A model generated the notes under the pieces. It was not told the origin of the DNA, searched no databases, and was given only the letters and a program-made list of their open reading frames with translations. The translations under genes were made by a program, and so were the position numbers. A stretch of DNA of 64,000 nucleotides from an uncultured Rhabdochlamydiaceae bacterium (lineage in GTDB: Bacteria > Chlamydiota > Chlamydiia > Chlamydiales > Rhabdochlamydiaceae): the NCBI GenBank assembly GCA_963712275.1, contig CAVQHD010000001.1, positions 864,001 through 928,000 on the forward strand, read 5' to 3'. Shown here in pieces: positions 48,655-57,875 of the stretch. How positions within the stretch are numbered: position 1 is the first letter of the stretch; each line of letters opens with the position of its first letter.

Positions 48655-49507
48655 ATGTAGCCTCACGAGAAGGGGCCCATCGATCGAGGTTCCATTCATA
48701 GAGTTGAACGGAGGCTGACTCTTGTGAAAGATCGATCAAATGCAGGCCACCTAGAGTTCGATAAGTTGTTGAACCTGGATCCAGAATTAAAGGGAGCCCA
48801 CTCGCCTTCAAATGGGCTTGACACTGGCGGTGCGTATGTCCATGGCAATAAATTTTAATCTGAGGGAATTGTTCAATCACCTTTTTAAGTTCACTGCCTC
48901 GCACCAGTTGTTTTCGCGGAGACTCGTGCTGGAAAAAGGGGAAGTGGTTGATGAGCATGATTTGATCTGTAGGAGGAATCTGATGGAGGATGGCTTTGAG
49001 GGCTTCCTCTGTTTGAGGGTTAAAATAGCCGGTGGAGTAAAACCAAGAAGTGGCAAGGGCTGTATCAAGGCCCACGATCCACCATCCATTCTCGATTTTT
49101 TTGACGGTAACACCGTGCTGTTTCAAATTATAGGGGCCCGTTTCCCAGTTGCTGGAGAAATAGTCGTAGAAAAACCGGTTTTTATAGGCTGCTTTCGTAT
49201 AGTGGTCATGATTTCCAGGAATGCAGAGAACGGTAAGCCCTTGCTTTTCTAGATCGGTTACAAAGCGGCGGGCAGCCGAAAATTCTGCAGGGGCAGAGGT
49301 TGTTGAAAGATCTCCTGTAATGAGGACAGTTGAAACATTCTGAGATTGAAAAAAAGCGGGGAGACTTTGCAGGCGATCGTGGACAAAGAGGTGACGCCTC
49401 CCAAATAGAAAATTGAGGTTCCCGAGCCATCTTTTTGAGAAGAATTGAGAAAGTTTCCAGTCCCAGCTAGTAAAGTGAAGATCTGAGAGGTGGGCGATAC
49501 GGTTCAA
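48641..49507 (-). CDS. Metallophosphoesterase (Icc/CpdA-like)
   Basis: HLSDLH, ITGDL, PGNHD, HGHTH. Confidence 0.9.
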   Translation of the reverse strand: MNRIAHLSDLHFTSWDWKLSQFFSKRWLGNLNFLFGRRHLFVHDRLQSLPAFFQSQNVSTVLITGDLSTTSAPAEFSAARRFVTDLEKQGLTVLCIPGNHDHYTKAAYKNRFFYDYFSSNWETGPYNLKQHGVTVKKIENGWWIVGLDTALATSWFYSTGYFNPQTEEALKAILHQIPPTDQIMLINHFPFFQHESPRKQLVRGSELKKVIEQFPQIKIYCHGHTHRQCQAHLKASGLPLILDPGSTTYRTLGGLHLIDLSQESASVQLYEWNLDRWAPSREATYDLV

Positions 49508-49510
49508 GAT

Positions 49511-49888
49511 TTAACGGCCCTTATGTTTCGTCATTTGCCGCCGGATGACCTTTTTCTTAGCCTGTGTCTGTTGATTCAGTGTTTTAATCCACCGTTTCCC
49601 TTCGACATGGATAATGTGGGGAGGAGACTGCTCATCCACTGTTCCGGGAGTTGTTCGTTTTGAATGGGGCGCTCTTTTTTTCTTTTTTTGAATGGCAAGA
49701 TTTTTATTGAGGGATTTTAGGAGCGATTGGTCTTTTTTTTGCACTTTTTTAGGAAGTCTAGACAAAAGCTGCGGTGCTTTGATATGATCACTTGTTGGTA
49801 TAGGATCGGGTTGGAGGACAGAGGCTCGGATTTCTTTGTTCATTTTTTTCTTTAGTCGATTTGTTGTCTGGTGTTTAGGTTTATTCAT
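49511..49888 (-). CDS. Hypothetical highly basic protein
   Basis: 125 aa, Lys/Arg-rich; AAGGAG upstream. Confidence 0.65.
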   Translation of the reverse strand: MNKPKHQTTNRLKKKMNKEIRASVLQPDPIPTSDHIKAPQLLSRLPKKVQKKDQSLLKSLNKNLAIQKKKKRAPHSKRTTPGTVDEQSPPHIIHVEGKRWIKTLNQQTQAKKKVIRRQMTKHKGR

Positions 49889-49964
49889 CTCCGGCTCCTT
49901 TTAGAAAATTTAATGATAAGCTTGACCTTCAACTGAAGATCCTCTACATGTTAGTTGTACTTCC

Positions 49965-50125
49965 GGTAGGAAAGGAGAAAAGTGAGATGTGCTTTTTGGC
50001 GGCGCCAAGCAGATTTTTTATACAAACCACAGCAAATAGCCTAGCGGCCATTCGCTGTGGTTTGTATAAAAAATCTACCATAGCGGCGCTCAAAAAGCCC
50101 TATCTCACTTTTCTCCTTTCCTACC
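49965..50125. repeat. Palindromic element family D (161 bp)
   Basis: Outer 24-bp IR ggtaggaaaggagaaaagtgagat / atctcacttttctcctttcctacc; inner IR agattttttatacaaaccacagc / gctgtggtttgtataaaaaatct. Confidence 0.9.
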
Positions 50126-50152
50126 AACTCCTATGGAATCATTTTAGATAAA

Positions 50153-51760
50153 ATGTTAAAAAAATACCAGGAATTCATTCCTAAATCATTTTTTATCTTA
50201 CGGCATTATACTCTTGCAATCTTAAAAAAAGATTTAGCAGCGGGGGTGACCGTAGGTATCGTGGCCCTTCCGCTGGCAATGGCGTTTGCAATGGCCTCTG
50301 GGGTCGAGCCTGAGCGAGGCTTATTTACCGCCATCGTCGCAGGGTTCTTAATCTCTCTTTTAGGAGGAAGTCGCGTTCAAATTGGGGGCCCCACGGGGGC
50401 GTTTGTCATCATTGTCTATAGCGTGATTGAAAAGCATGGATATGATGGACTTGCCCTTGCCACGTTAATCGCAGGCGGCCTTTTAATTTTAATGGGGGCT
50501 TTCCGGCTGGGGAGCTTTATTAAATTTGTTCCCCACCCTCTCATTGTGGGGTTTACAACAGGGATAGCCCTCGTTGTATTTTCTTCCCAAATCAAGGACC
50601 TTTTAGGGCTGCATATCGAAGAAGTTCCCGTCCAGTTCGTCGATAAATGGATTCTTTATTTTCAAACATTTCCAACCTTTGATGGATTAACCGCCGCCGT
50701 AGGGCTTGGAACGGTGGCGCTCATTATGGCCTTGAAACGGTGGACCCCGTCTATTCCTTGGGGAATCGCAAGTTTGATCGTCGCCTCCGCTGTTTGTGCG
50801 ATGTTTCATCTTCCCGTTGCAACAATTGCTTCTCGATTTGGGACGCTCCCGCAAAGTCTTCCATCTCCCACCTTTCATTTTGATTTTGCCAGGACTTTAG
50901 ACGTGCTTCCCGATGCGATGACAATCGCGCTTCTGGCTGGAATAGAATCGCTCCTTTCAGCTGTGATTGCCGATAGCGTGACAGGAGGGCGGCATAAACC
51001 GAACTGTGAATTGATCGCTCAAGGAGTTGCCAATATTGGATCGATCTTGTTTGGAGGCATTCCTGCGACGGCAGCGATTGCCCGGACATCGACAAACATC
51101 AAAACGGGCGCTCAATCCCCCCTGGCAGGCATGATTCATGCCACTGTTGTCATGGTTCTGCTCTGGGCATGCTCTCCCCTTGTAGGGGGAATTCCACTCG
51201 CCTCTCTTGCCGCGATTCTCGTTGTCGTTTCATGGCAAATGAGCGAGCTATCCCATTTCTTCAAATTAACTCGCACTTCTAGAGGAGATGTCGCCATTTT
51301 ACTCACCTCCTTTTTACTCACGGCTCTCTTAGATCTCACAGTTGCTGTGGAAGTCGGGATGTTGATGGCTGCTTTCTTTTTCATGAAACGGATGAGCGAT
51401 GTCAAGCATGTGATTTCGTTTGAAACGCGCATTCCTGAACATGGGATTGAAGTGTATAAAATGCGCGGCCCTTTCTTTTTTGGAGTGACAGACCGGCTTA
51501 AAGATCTCATCATGCAGATGGAGCCGACCCCAAAACTGATTGTGCTTCGAATGAAGCACGTCCCTGTTTTAGATGCAACAGCTCTCCAGACCTTGCGCGA
51601 AATCCACCACCGGTGTCTTGCAAAAGGGTCCCGCCTCGCGCTCATTGATGTTCAGTCCGAGCCGCAAGAGCTCATCAAGCAATACGGCCTTGGCGAGCTC
51701 ATGAACGGCCCTGTCCCAGGCATCGATAGCTCCTTTGCCGAAACTCTTAAGGCGAACTAA
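50153..51760 (+). CDS. SulP/SLC26 anion transporter with STAS domain
   Basis: DLAAGVTVGIVALPLAMAFA, GSRVQIGGPTGAF, ELIAQGVAN, GPFFFG...LDATAL. Confidence 0.95.
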   Translation: MLKKYQEFIPKSFFILRHYTLAILKKDLAAGVTVGIVALPLAMAFAMASGVEPERGLFTAIVAGFLISLLGGSRVQIGGPTGAFVIIVYSVIEKHGYDGLALATLIAGGLLILMGAFRLGSFIKFVPHPLIVGFTTGIALVVFSSQIKDLLGLHIEEVPVQFVDKWILYFQTFPTFDGLTAAVGLGTVALIMALKRWTPSIPWGIASLIVASAVCAMFHLPVATIASRFGTLPQSLPSPTFHFDFARTLDVLPDAMTIALLAGIESLLSAVIADSVTGGRHKPNCELIAQGVANIGSILFGGIPATAAIARTSTNIKTGAQSPLAGMIHATVVMVLLWACSPLVGGIPLASLAAILVVVSWQMSELSHFFKLTRTSRGDVAILLTSFLLTALLDLTVAVEVGMLMAAFFFMKRMSDVKHVISFETRIPEHGIEVYKMRGPFFFGVTDRLKDLIMQMEPTPKLIVLRMKHVPVLDATALQTLREIHHRCLAKGSRLALIDVQSEPQELIKQYGLGELMNGPVPGIDSSFAETLKAN

Positions 51761-51781
51761 AAGAAAGTCTTAAAAGCAAAA

Positions 51782-53038
51782 ATGTGGTATGCTTGCCCCC
51801 AAAATATGGCTACAGGCGTACGTTTTACACCATCCCATTATACGGCTCAACCGAACCTATCAGATATGGATAGGTCACCCCTAGAGCTGCTTCCCTATGA
51901 TATCCTTAATCGGATGGTCTTTTTGTTGTCAACGCGTGAGTGCTGCAGTTTGGCTTCCGTGTGTAAAACATTCACTTACATTGTTGATTGCCAGATTCCC
52001 GAGCGTGCCAAGCAGCTTAGGTTAAACACGGAGGGTGCGACGATTGATGTCATGATCCGCTTAATCCAGGCCGCAGTTGGAAAGCTTGAAAATTTTAATA
52101 CACTGCCTAAAGAAAAGCTGCCTGAAATAGTTCAATGGGTTTTTCAAGAAAAACATCTCGAGCTGTTTCGATGGGTGATTTTACCTACGGCGGAGACTTT
52201 AGAAAGCCTCGATTTACCGGCTCCCTTACAGAATCGAGCGTCTGAGATCGTGGTAAATTCCGAAATGTTTAATGATGTTGTGGTCAGTTGTATGCATGTA
52301 TATACAAAGCTGATCATTGGGTCTCCTAATTTTGCTCAAATTAAACAACACGATCGTCAGAAGGCCATGATACGCTTTGCTCGAACAGGGAATGCGGAGT
52401 GCTTGGAGCAGCTGATCATTGTTTCTCCAGGCACTGCTGAAGGCCTAAGCATCTACGGCGCTTTAGTTGCAGCCACGCACAGTGGTCATTGTGAATGTAT
52501 GAAGATTTTACTCAAACCTTTTTGTTTTAAGGACATTGATCAGCCCTTGATCAAAGCTTTCCTTGGTCAAGTATTCGGACAATTTGCGGAAGCTTATTGT
52601 GTTGAAGGCGTGAAGCTGATGATGGAGTCTTCCTACGCTGGAGAGATTAGCAAATACTTTTTTGCTCGTGTATTGGTGCAATTTGCGAAAGGCGGTTGTA
52701 TTGAAGGTGCAAAGCTAATAATCGAGTCTCCTTATGCTGATAAGATTGATGCAGTCTATTTTGGAATTGCAGTGAAAGCTTTCGCGGAAGCAGATTGCGT
52801 CGAGGGTGTAAAGCTAATAATCCAGCATCCTCTTTATGACATTGGTTTTATCTTCCAATCAATAGTTTTTTTAACAGAAGCATTAGAAAAAAGGCGTTTC
52901 AGGTTTGCGTGGTTTTTGATCGTCAATTTTCCTCAAGTCCTCATCACGTTACCTGTTGTGATACTTGCACTTGTGGGTTCTGTCATTGTGAACTTAGTCA
53001 TTTACTTGTTTTCAAAACAAGACAAGCCGCCTCGCTAA
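51782..53038 (+). CDS. F-box protein with ankyrin-like repeats and C-terminal TM
   Basis: LELLPYDILNRMVFLLSTRECCSLASVCKTF; repeated FA..GC.EG.KL.I units; hydrophobic tail. Confidence 0.75.
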   Translation: MWYACPQNMATGVRFTPSHYTAQPNLSDMDRSPLELLPYDILNRMVFLLSTRECCSLASVCKTFTYIVDCQIPERAKQLRLNTEGATIDVMIRLIQAAVGKLENFNTLPKEKLPEIVQWVFQEKHLELFRWVILPTAETLESLDLPAPLQNRASEIVVNSEMFNDVVVSCMHVYTKLIIGSPNFAQIKQHDRQKAMIRFARTGNAECLEQLIIVSPGTAEGLSIYGALVAATHSGHCECMKILLKPFCFKDIDQPLIKAFLGQVFGQFAEAYCVEGVKLMMESSYAGEISKYFFARVLVQFAKGGCIEGAKLIIESPYADKIDAVYFGIAVKAFAEADCVEGVKLIIQHPLYDIGFIFQSIVFLTEALEKRRFRFAWFLIVNFPQVLITLPVVILALVGSVIVNLVIYLFSKQDKPPR

Positions 53039-54468
53039 TCCCCCTCATTCGCAGGAGTGATTAACACATCGGAGAGAAGGATCGAGATGGCAGAGGAAAG
53101 AGCTGTTCTTAGAGCTGCTTTAACGGTTTTGAAGGAGTCGACGATGCCGCACTTGAGGAGATCTTCTACTTGACAGGTTAAAGCATTAAATCCCCAATAG
53201 GTCTCAGAGGAGAGGACGTCATTGAGGATGAGGGAGGGATCTTGTCTGTTGCGCCATACAATTTGCCTGAAGGGGGCCTCGCACGCTTGGAGAACGATTT
53301 GCACTCCGAGCCGTTTGTCTCCTTTGAGCTTGAGATGATGGAGCGCTTGGGAAGCTCGGAGAAGGGCGACTCCTCCTCCTGGAACGAACCCTTCTTCAAG
53401 AAGGACCTTAATGGAATTTAAGCTTTTTTCAAAAAGTTCTTTTTTCTGATGCAGCTCAGGCCCTAAGTGAGCTCCGACGCGGAGGAGAGCAAAGCCCCGA
53501 GAGAATTGCGTCTTTTGGTGGCGGAGTTTGTTTGTTTCAAGGGGGCCGGCTAGGAAGATGGTTTTTTCTTTTGAAACGATGACTTTCTTGACGGAGCCGA
53601 GGGCATCTGCCTGGATTTGTTTCAACCCAAGTTTTTTAGAAATTAAGGTAGCGCTGCTGAAGGCTATAAGGTCTTGTAAGAGTGGCTCACTAGGAGCTTT
53701 GATGGCGCAGACTCGCAGGGTTCCGCGGAGATGATTGATTGCAAGCGTTGAAAGGGCATCTGCTGCGACATCACTGGCGACGATGAGGAGTTCTCTTCCT
53801 AGACTCATGACAGGTTGCAGGAGGTAAAAAATTTCTTGAATTGAGTGGAGTTGTCCGTTGATGATAAGAAGGGCGGCATCGTGCATTTCAATGGTTAAAC
53901 GATCAGAGTCTGTACAAAAATAGGGGGAGAGATAACCTTCGTCTATCTGAAGCCCTTCGACCATTTCTAAAGAGGACGTCTTGTCTTTCCCTTCTTCAAC
54001 GATAATCAAGCCGCCAACCTTCTGAATGGCTTCGGCAATGAGAGAGCCCGCTTCTCGATCTCCTAAAGCTGCAGCGGTTGCAATGGCGAGGATTTCTTCG
54101 GGCTGAGTCATGGGCTTTGAAAGAATGCTCAGTTCTTTGAAAACAATCTGAGCTCCTTGTTCTATCCCTTGCGTGAGCTCAGTTAGGTTAGCCCCGGCAG
54201 CCAGCTGCCGGAGGCTCTCCTCAATGAGGGTTTTTAAAAGAAGGAGGGTGGTGGCGGTCCCATCTCCATGCTTTTTGTGCATCGTCTCTGCGCTCTTTTT
54301 GGCAATAGCAGCTCCCATGTTGATAAAGGGATCCTTTAGCTCGAGATGTGGGGTATCTCCATTTTTTTGGGGGCCTAAGGTGGCGGCATCGGCAATTTTG
54401 GCAACCCCTTCATAGAGCTTTTGGCGAGCTTCTGTATCGAAGAGTAGCTCTTTTGTATGTTCCATCAT
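53035..54468 (-). CDS. groEL: Divergent GroEL paralog (chlamydial GroEL3-like)
   Basis: KELLFDTEARQKL, TLGP, GDGTAT, EGYLSPYF, EEGFVPGGGVALL, GFNA, GIVD. Confidence 0.85.
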   Translation of the reverse strand: MMEHTKELLFDTEARQKLYEGVAKIADAATLGPQKNGDTPHLELKDPFINMGAAIAKKSAETMHKKHGDGTATTLLLLKTLIEESLRQLAAGANLTELTQGIEQGAQIVFKELSILSKPMTQPEEILAIATAAALGDREAGSLIAEAIQKVGGLIIVEEGKDKTSSLEMVEGLQIDEGYLSPYFCTDSDRLTIEMHDAALLIINGQLHSIQEIFYLLQPVMSLGRELLIVASDVAADALSTLAINHLRGTLRVCAIKAPSEPLLQDLIAFSSATLISKKLGLKQIQADALGSVKKVIVSKEKTIFLAGPLETNKLRHQKTQFSRGFALLRVGAHLGPELHQKKELFEKSLNSIKVLLEEGFVPGGGVALLRASQALHHLKLKGDKRLGVQIVLQACEAPFRQIVWRNRQDPSLILNDVLSSETYWGFNALTCQVEDLLKCGIVDSFKTVKAALRTALSSAISILLSDVLITPANEGD

Positions 54469-54501
54469 TCTCCTAGTACCATAAGAGAAGTTTTTATAGC
54501 A

Positions 54502-55299
54502 CTAGCAATGGATGGAATGGTAGACGTCCCGCTTGGGGATGCCCCGAATCTCTGCGACGATTTTGATGGCTTCCTGGAGAGAGAGATGAAAAGTCTCGAT
54601 GAGATACTGGACGTGCTCTGGAAGGGAGAGATCGGCGTAGTTAAAATCGATGGATTCGACGGCGACAACGCACTCTCCTCGGGGAGGGTATTCTTGATAA
54701 TGGATGGCGAGCTGGCCTGCTGTTCCCAAGAGGTGTTCTTCATGGAGCTTTGAGAGTTCTCGCATGACGCAGAGACGTTGATGAGGGGGTATTTGCTTTA
54801 AGGTTGATACAAGTCTTTGAGGAGACTCGTAAAAAATCGTCGTTCCCCGATACATGAGGGCTGAGGCGAGTGTTTTGAGCCTCTCCTCTCCCTTTTTTGG
54901 CAGAAAGCCGAGAAATTGGACGCGCTCTTTGGAGAAGGGGCAAAGGGCAAGCGCCATGGTCCATGCTGAAGGGCCTGGGATGAGGGTAAGTGGAAGATTT
55001 TCGGCATAACACCGCTGTACCAATGCTTCTCCGGGATCGCAAATCCCAGGGGTCCCAGCATCTGAGATCAGTCCGATGGACTTATCTTCCTTGAGGTCTT
55101 GAATAATCGCATCTTCTTTTTCTCGCTCATTGAATTGATGAAAACTTTTGAGGGGGGTCTTGATCTCATAGGCTTGAAGCAAAATGCGGCTATGGCGGGT
55201 ATCTTCACATAGGATGTAGTCGCATTGCTTGAGCGTGTCGATGGCTCGCAGCGTGATATCTTGAAGATTTCCCAGAGGAGTCGCGATGAGATAGAGCAT
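54502..55299 (-). CDS. rsmI: 16S rRNA C1402 2'-O-methyltransferase
   Basis: LYLIATPLGNLQDIT.RA, CEDTR, SDAGTPGICDPG, FYESP.R, RELSKLHEE. Confidence 0.96.
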   Translation of the reverse strand: MLYLIATPLGNLQDITLRAIDTLKQCDYILCEDTRHSRILLQAYEIKTPLKSFHQFNEREKEDAIIQDLKEDKSIGLISDAGTPGICDPGEALVQRCYAENLPLTLIPGPSAWTMALALCPFSKERVQFLGFLPKKGEERLKTLASALMYRGTTIFYESPQRLVSTLKQIPPHQRLCVMRELSKLHEEHLLGTAGQLAIHYQEYPPRGECVVAVESIDFNYADLSLPEHVQYLIETFHLSLQEAIKIVAEIRGIPKRDVYHSIHC

Positions 55300-55318
55300 A
55301 GACTTGCCTCGGGTTAAA

Positions 55319-55389
55319 AGGTGGCACTCGGAATCGAACCGAGGATGGAAGCTTTGCAGGCTTCTGCCTTACCGCTTGGCGATGCCACC
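55319..55389 (-). tRNA. tRNA-Cys (anticodon GCA)
   Basis: GGTGGCA..TGCCACC-U, GAAGC-CTGCAAA-GCTTC anticodon arm, GGTTCGATTCC. Confidence 0.95.
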
Positions 55390-55420
55390 AAAACAAAAAA
55401 ATCATGCGGGATTTTTCAAA

Positions 55421-56410
55421 TCAGGTCAATGAGATACCCTTAATCTCTAACTCAGAAAGTCCAGTGATCTGAACGACTTGCTTCATAGAAAATCCTTGTA
55501 GAAACATCTTTTGGGCGACTTCTAAACTCTTTTTTCTCTCTCCTTCTTGGATTCCCACTTGGATTCCAAGTTCTTTCCCTTCTTTGATTCCAAGTTCTTT
55601 GCCTTCTTGAATCCCAAGTTCTTTTCCCACTTGGATTCCAAGTTCTTTGCCTTCTCGGATCCCTTCTTCTCTCGATTTCTTTAGGGTATTCGTTTCAATT
55701 CTCAGCCATTTAAGATGGTCTTCATACGCTTCTCTCTCTTCAGGACCAAAATTCATCACATCCAGCACATGGAGGGCTTTTTGCAAAGACGGGTGGTTTA
55801 AAGGGGCTGGCAGGTGATCTTTTTTGAGCAGATCATGCCGCGTTAAAAAAGCGACCCACATATCGAGTGATGTTTTCACTTTCACGATCAGATCGGAGAG
55901 CTTTTCTGGACGGTTGCTACAGAACTTCTTTAGCTCGATGGTATGCAGTTCTAAATCTTCAAAATAGGGCAGGTGGCTTGCTTGTTCTCGGATATGGAAG
56001 ACGTTGTGGTATTTTTCCTCTTTAGGAATCGAGGTGAAGTTGAGGATATGGATTCCGATAGCTTTGGATAATAGAGCATAATCTTCTGTGGCTTTGAGCT
56101 GCTCCGTATACAGCTTTGCCCAGTAGTAGAGGGCTCTTTTATCGTAATCGGCTTCATCACTGATTTGAATTTCGATATTGAATCGTTTCCCATCTTTGCC
56201 TTCGGCTTTGATGTCTAAGATGGAGAGTTTATCGTCTCTAAAATTTTTAGGGTTGTAAGGGTTTAAAAGGGTCACATCGGTGACTTGATCTTCAGGTCCT
56301 ACAATCGAGTTAATGAGCGAGATTAAGAGGTCTTTATTCTCTTCAACACCAAAGATTTTTTTAAAGGCAATGTCAACACGAGGGCTGATTGTTTCTGTGC
56401 ATGATGCCAT
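55421..56410 (-). CDS. Rpn-family recombination-promoting nuclease / PD-(D/E)XK putative transposase
   Basis: SPRVDIAFKKIFG, SILDIKA, NIEIQ, RALYYW, IELKKF, EG-rich tail, ITGLS..EI. Confidence 0.92.
   Translation of the reverse strand: MASCTETISPRVDIAFKKIFGVEENKDLLISLINSIVGPEDQVTDVTLLNPYNPKNFRDDKLSILDIKAEGKDGKRFNIEIQISDEADYDKRALYYWAKLYTEQLKATEDYALLSKAIGIHILNFTSIPKEEKYHNVFHIREQASHLPYFEDLELHTIELKKFCSNRPEKLSDLIVKVKTSLDMWVAFLTRHDLLKKDHLPAPLNHPSLQKALHVLDVMNFGPEEREAYEDHLKWLRIETNTLKKSREEGIREGKELGIQVGKELGIQEGKELGIKEGKELGIQVGIQEGERKKSLEVAQKMFLQGFSMKQVVQITGLSELEIKGISLT
55543..55666 (-). repeat. 24-bp tandem repeats in the Rpn tail
   Basis: Four (E/V)GKELGI(Q/K) units plus EGIR/VGIQ half units. Confidence 0.85.
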
Positions 56411-56489
56411 GCTTAAATTCTACACGAATGACATTTTTTTGGGTTGTGAATCTATTTTTTGAATTTGTTTGGGTCTATCTTATCTGGAG

Positions 56490-56517
56490 TGTCAATTTTT
56501 CAATAGATCGGAGTATA
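56490..56517. repeat. Solo right end of palindromic family E upstream of murF
   Basis: 28 bp tgtcaatttttcaatagatcggagtata, identical to 57997-58024. Confidence 0.9.
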
Positions 56518-56537
56518 CTTATTTTAAAGAGGTGAGT

Positions 56538-57875
56538 ATGAAGCTGGATCGCTTGAGACTTATTGGACAATGGCTCGGATGTGATTGCCCTGATGTGCCG
56601 ATTGCAGGATTTACAGTTGATAGCCGCCAGGTTGAAAAAGGATTTCTCTTTTTTGCCTTAAAGGGAGTAAAATTTGATGGGCACGATTTTTTAGGAGAAG
56701 TTGCAAGCCGTGGGGCTGTGGCGGCGGTAGTAGATCGATCTTATCAAGGGATGAGAGCGGGGCTCGTTCTTCTTCCTGTTGATAACGTCGTATTTGCCTT
56801 GCAGCAGCTGGCCAAAGAGGTTCAGAAAAGCCGCTCTCAACGGATCATTGGGGTGACGGGCTCTTTTGGAAAGACGACGACGAAGGAGTTTATTGCGACC
56901 CTTCTATCTCAAAAATGGAGGGTTGCTAAAACGCCAGGGAATAGTAATTCTCAGGTTGGGCTTCCGCTGGCAATTCTAAGGGCTTCTGGAGAAGAGGAGG
57001 TTTTTGTGGTGGAAATGGGGATGAGTGAGGCAGGAGAGATTCAGCGGCTGGTTCAAATTGCGCCTCCAGAAATTGCGGTCATTACAAAGATTGGACACGC
57101 GCACCTTGATTCTTTTGCCAATGGACTTGATGGAATTGCATCGGCTAAGGCTGAGATTTTATCCAACCCTTCAACAAAATGGGGTGTGATTGAACAGGGG
57201 GCTTTTCAGTATACCTCCATTCAACAGGCAGGCGGATGCCCTAAATTGACTTATGGTGTCTCCCCAGCCGTAGCGGATGTGACGCTTGAACCTGGTTGGA
57301 TTTTAAAGGATCGAGGTGAGGAGAGCCCCTCTTTTCGGCTTCCCTTTTCAGAGTCCCATTTTTGTGAAAACTTTACGGGGGCTGCAGCTACAGCTACACT
57401 TATGGGGCTTTCGTGGGAAGAGATGGCTCGAGGGTTTAATGAGTTAAAATCGATTCCTTTACGGTTTGAAAAGATTGAAAGGCAGGGGATCACATTTATC
57501 AATGATTGTTATAACGCAAACCTTGAATCGATGTTTGTTGCTCTGAATAATTTACCAAGACCCTCGTTTGGTGCTAAAACAATTGCGGTTTTTGGAGAAA
57601 TCTCAGGGCTTGGAAAATATTCTGAAGAAGGGCATAGGCAAGTAGGAAAAGCAGCTCTTGATAAAGTTGAGCATCTTCTATGTTATGGAAAAGGGTGCAT
57701 GCCAATGGTGGAGCTATTTGAAGCAGCGGGCCGGCCGGCAGATTTTTATCGAGATTTAAAAGAGCTTAAAAAAGCTGTTTTTGAACTTTCCAAGCCGGGA
57801 GATGTTGTGCTGATTAAGGGATCAAACCAAAACAAGCTTTGGCAGATTTTAGATTATTATACTCCGATCTATTGA
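56538..57875 (+). CDS. murF: UDP-MurNAc-tripeptide--D-Ala-D-Ala ligase
   Basis: VDSRQV, DGHDF, GVTGSFGKTTTKE, VEMGMS, INDCYNAN, VLIKGS; GAGGTG before ATG 56538. Confidence 0.95.
   Translation: MKLDRLRLIGQWLGCDCPDVPIAGFTVDSRQVEKGFLFFALKGVKFDGHDFLGEVASRGAVAAVVDRSYQGMRAGLVLLPVDNVVFALQQLAKEVQKSRSQRIIGVTGSFGKTTTKEFIATLLSQKWRVAKTPGNSNSQVGLPLAILRASGEEEVFVVEMGMSEAGEIQRLVQIAPPEIAVITKIGHAHLDSFANGLDGIASAKAEILSNPSTKWGVIEQGAFQYTSIQQAGGCPKLTYGVSPAVADVTLEPGWILKDRGEESPSFRLPFSESHFCENFTGAAATATLMGLSWEEMARGFNELKSIPLRFEKIERQGITFINDCYNANLESMFVALNNLPRPSFGAKTIAVFGEISGLGKYSEEGHRQVGKAALDKVEHLLCYGKGCMPMVELFEAAGRPADFYRDLKELKKAVFELSKPGDVVLIKGSNQNKLWQILDYYTPIY

Noticed and set aside
53035..54468. groEL as a pseudogene
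   Set aside because: The frame is uninterrupted and divergent paralogs are normal in chlamydiae
56469..56537. N-terminal extension of MurF given by the ORF track
   Set aside because: It is encoded by the solo family E end (CQFFNRSEY); ATG 56538 has a clear Shine-Dalgarno
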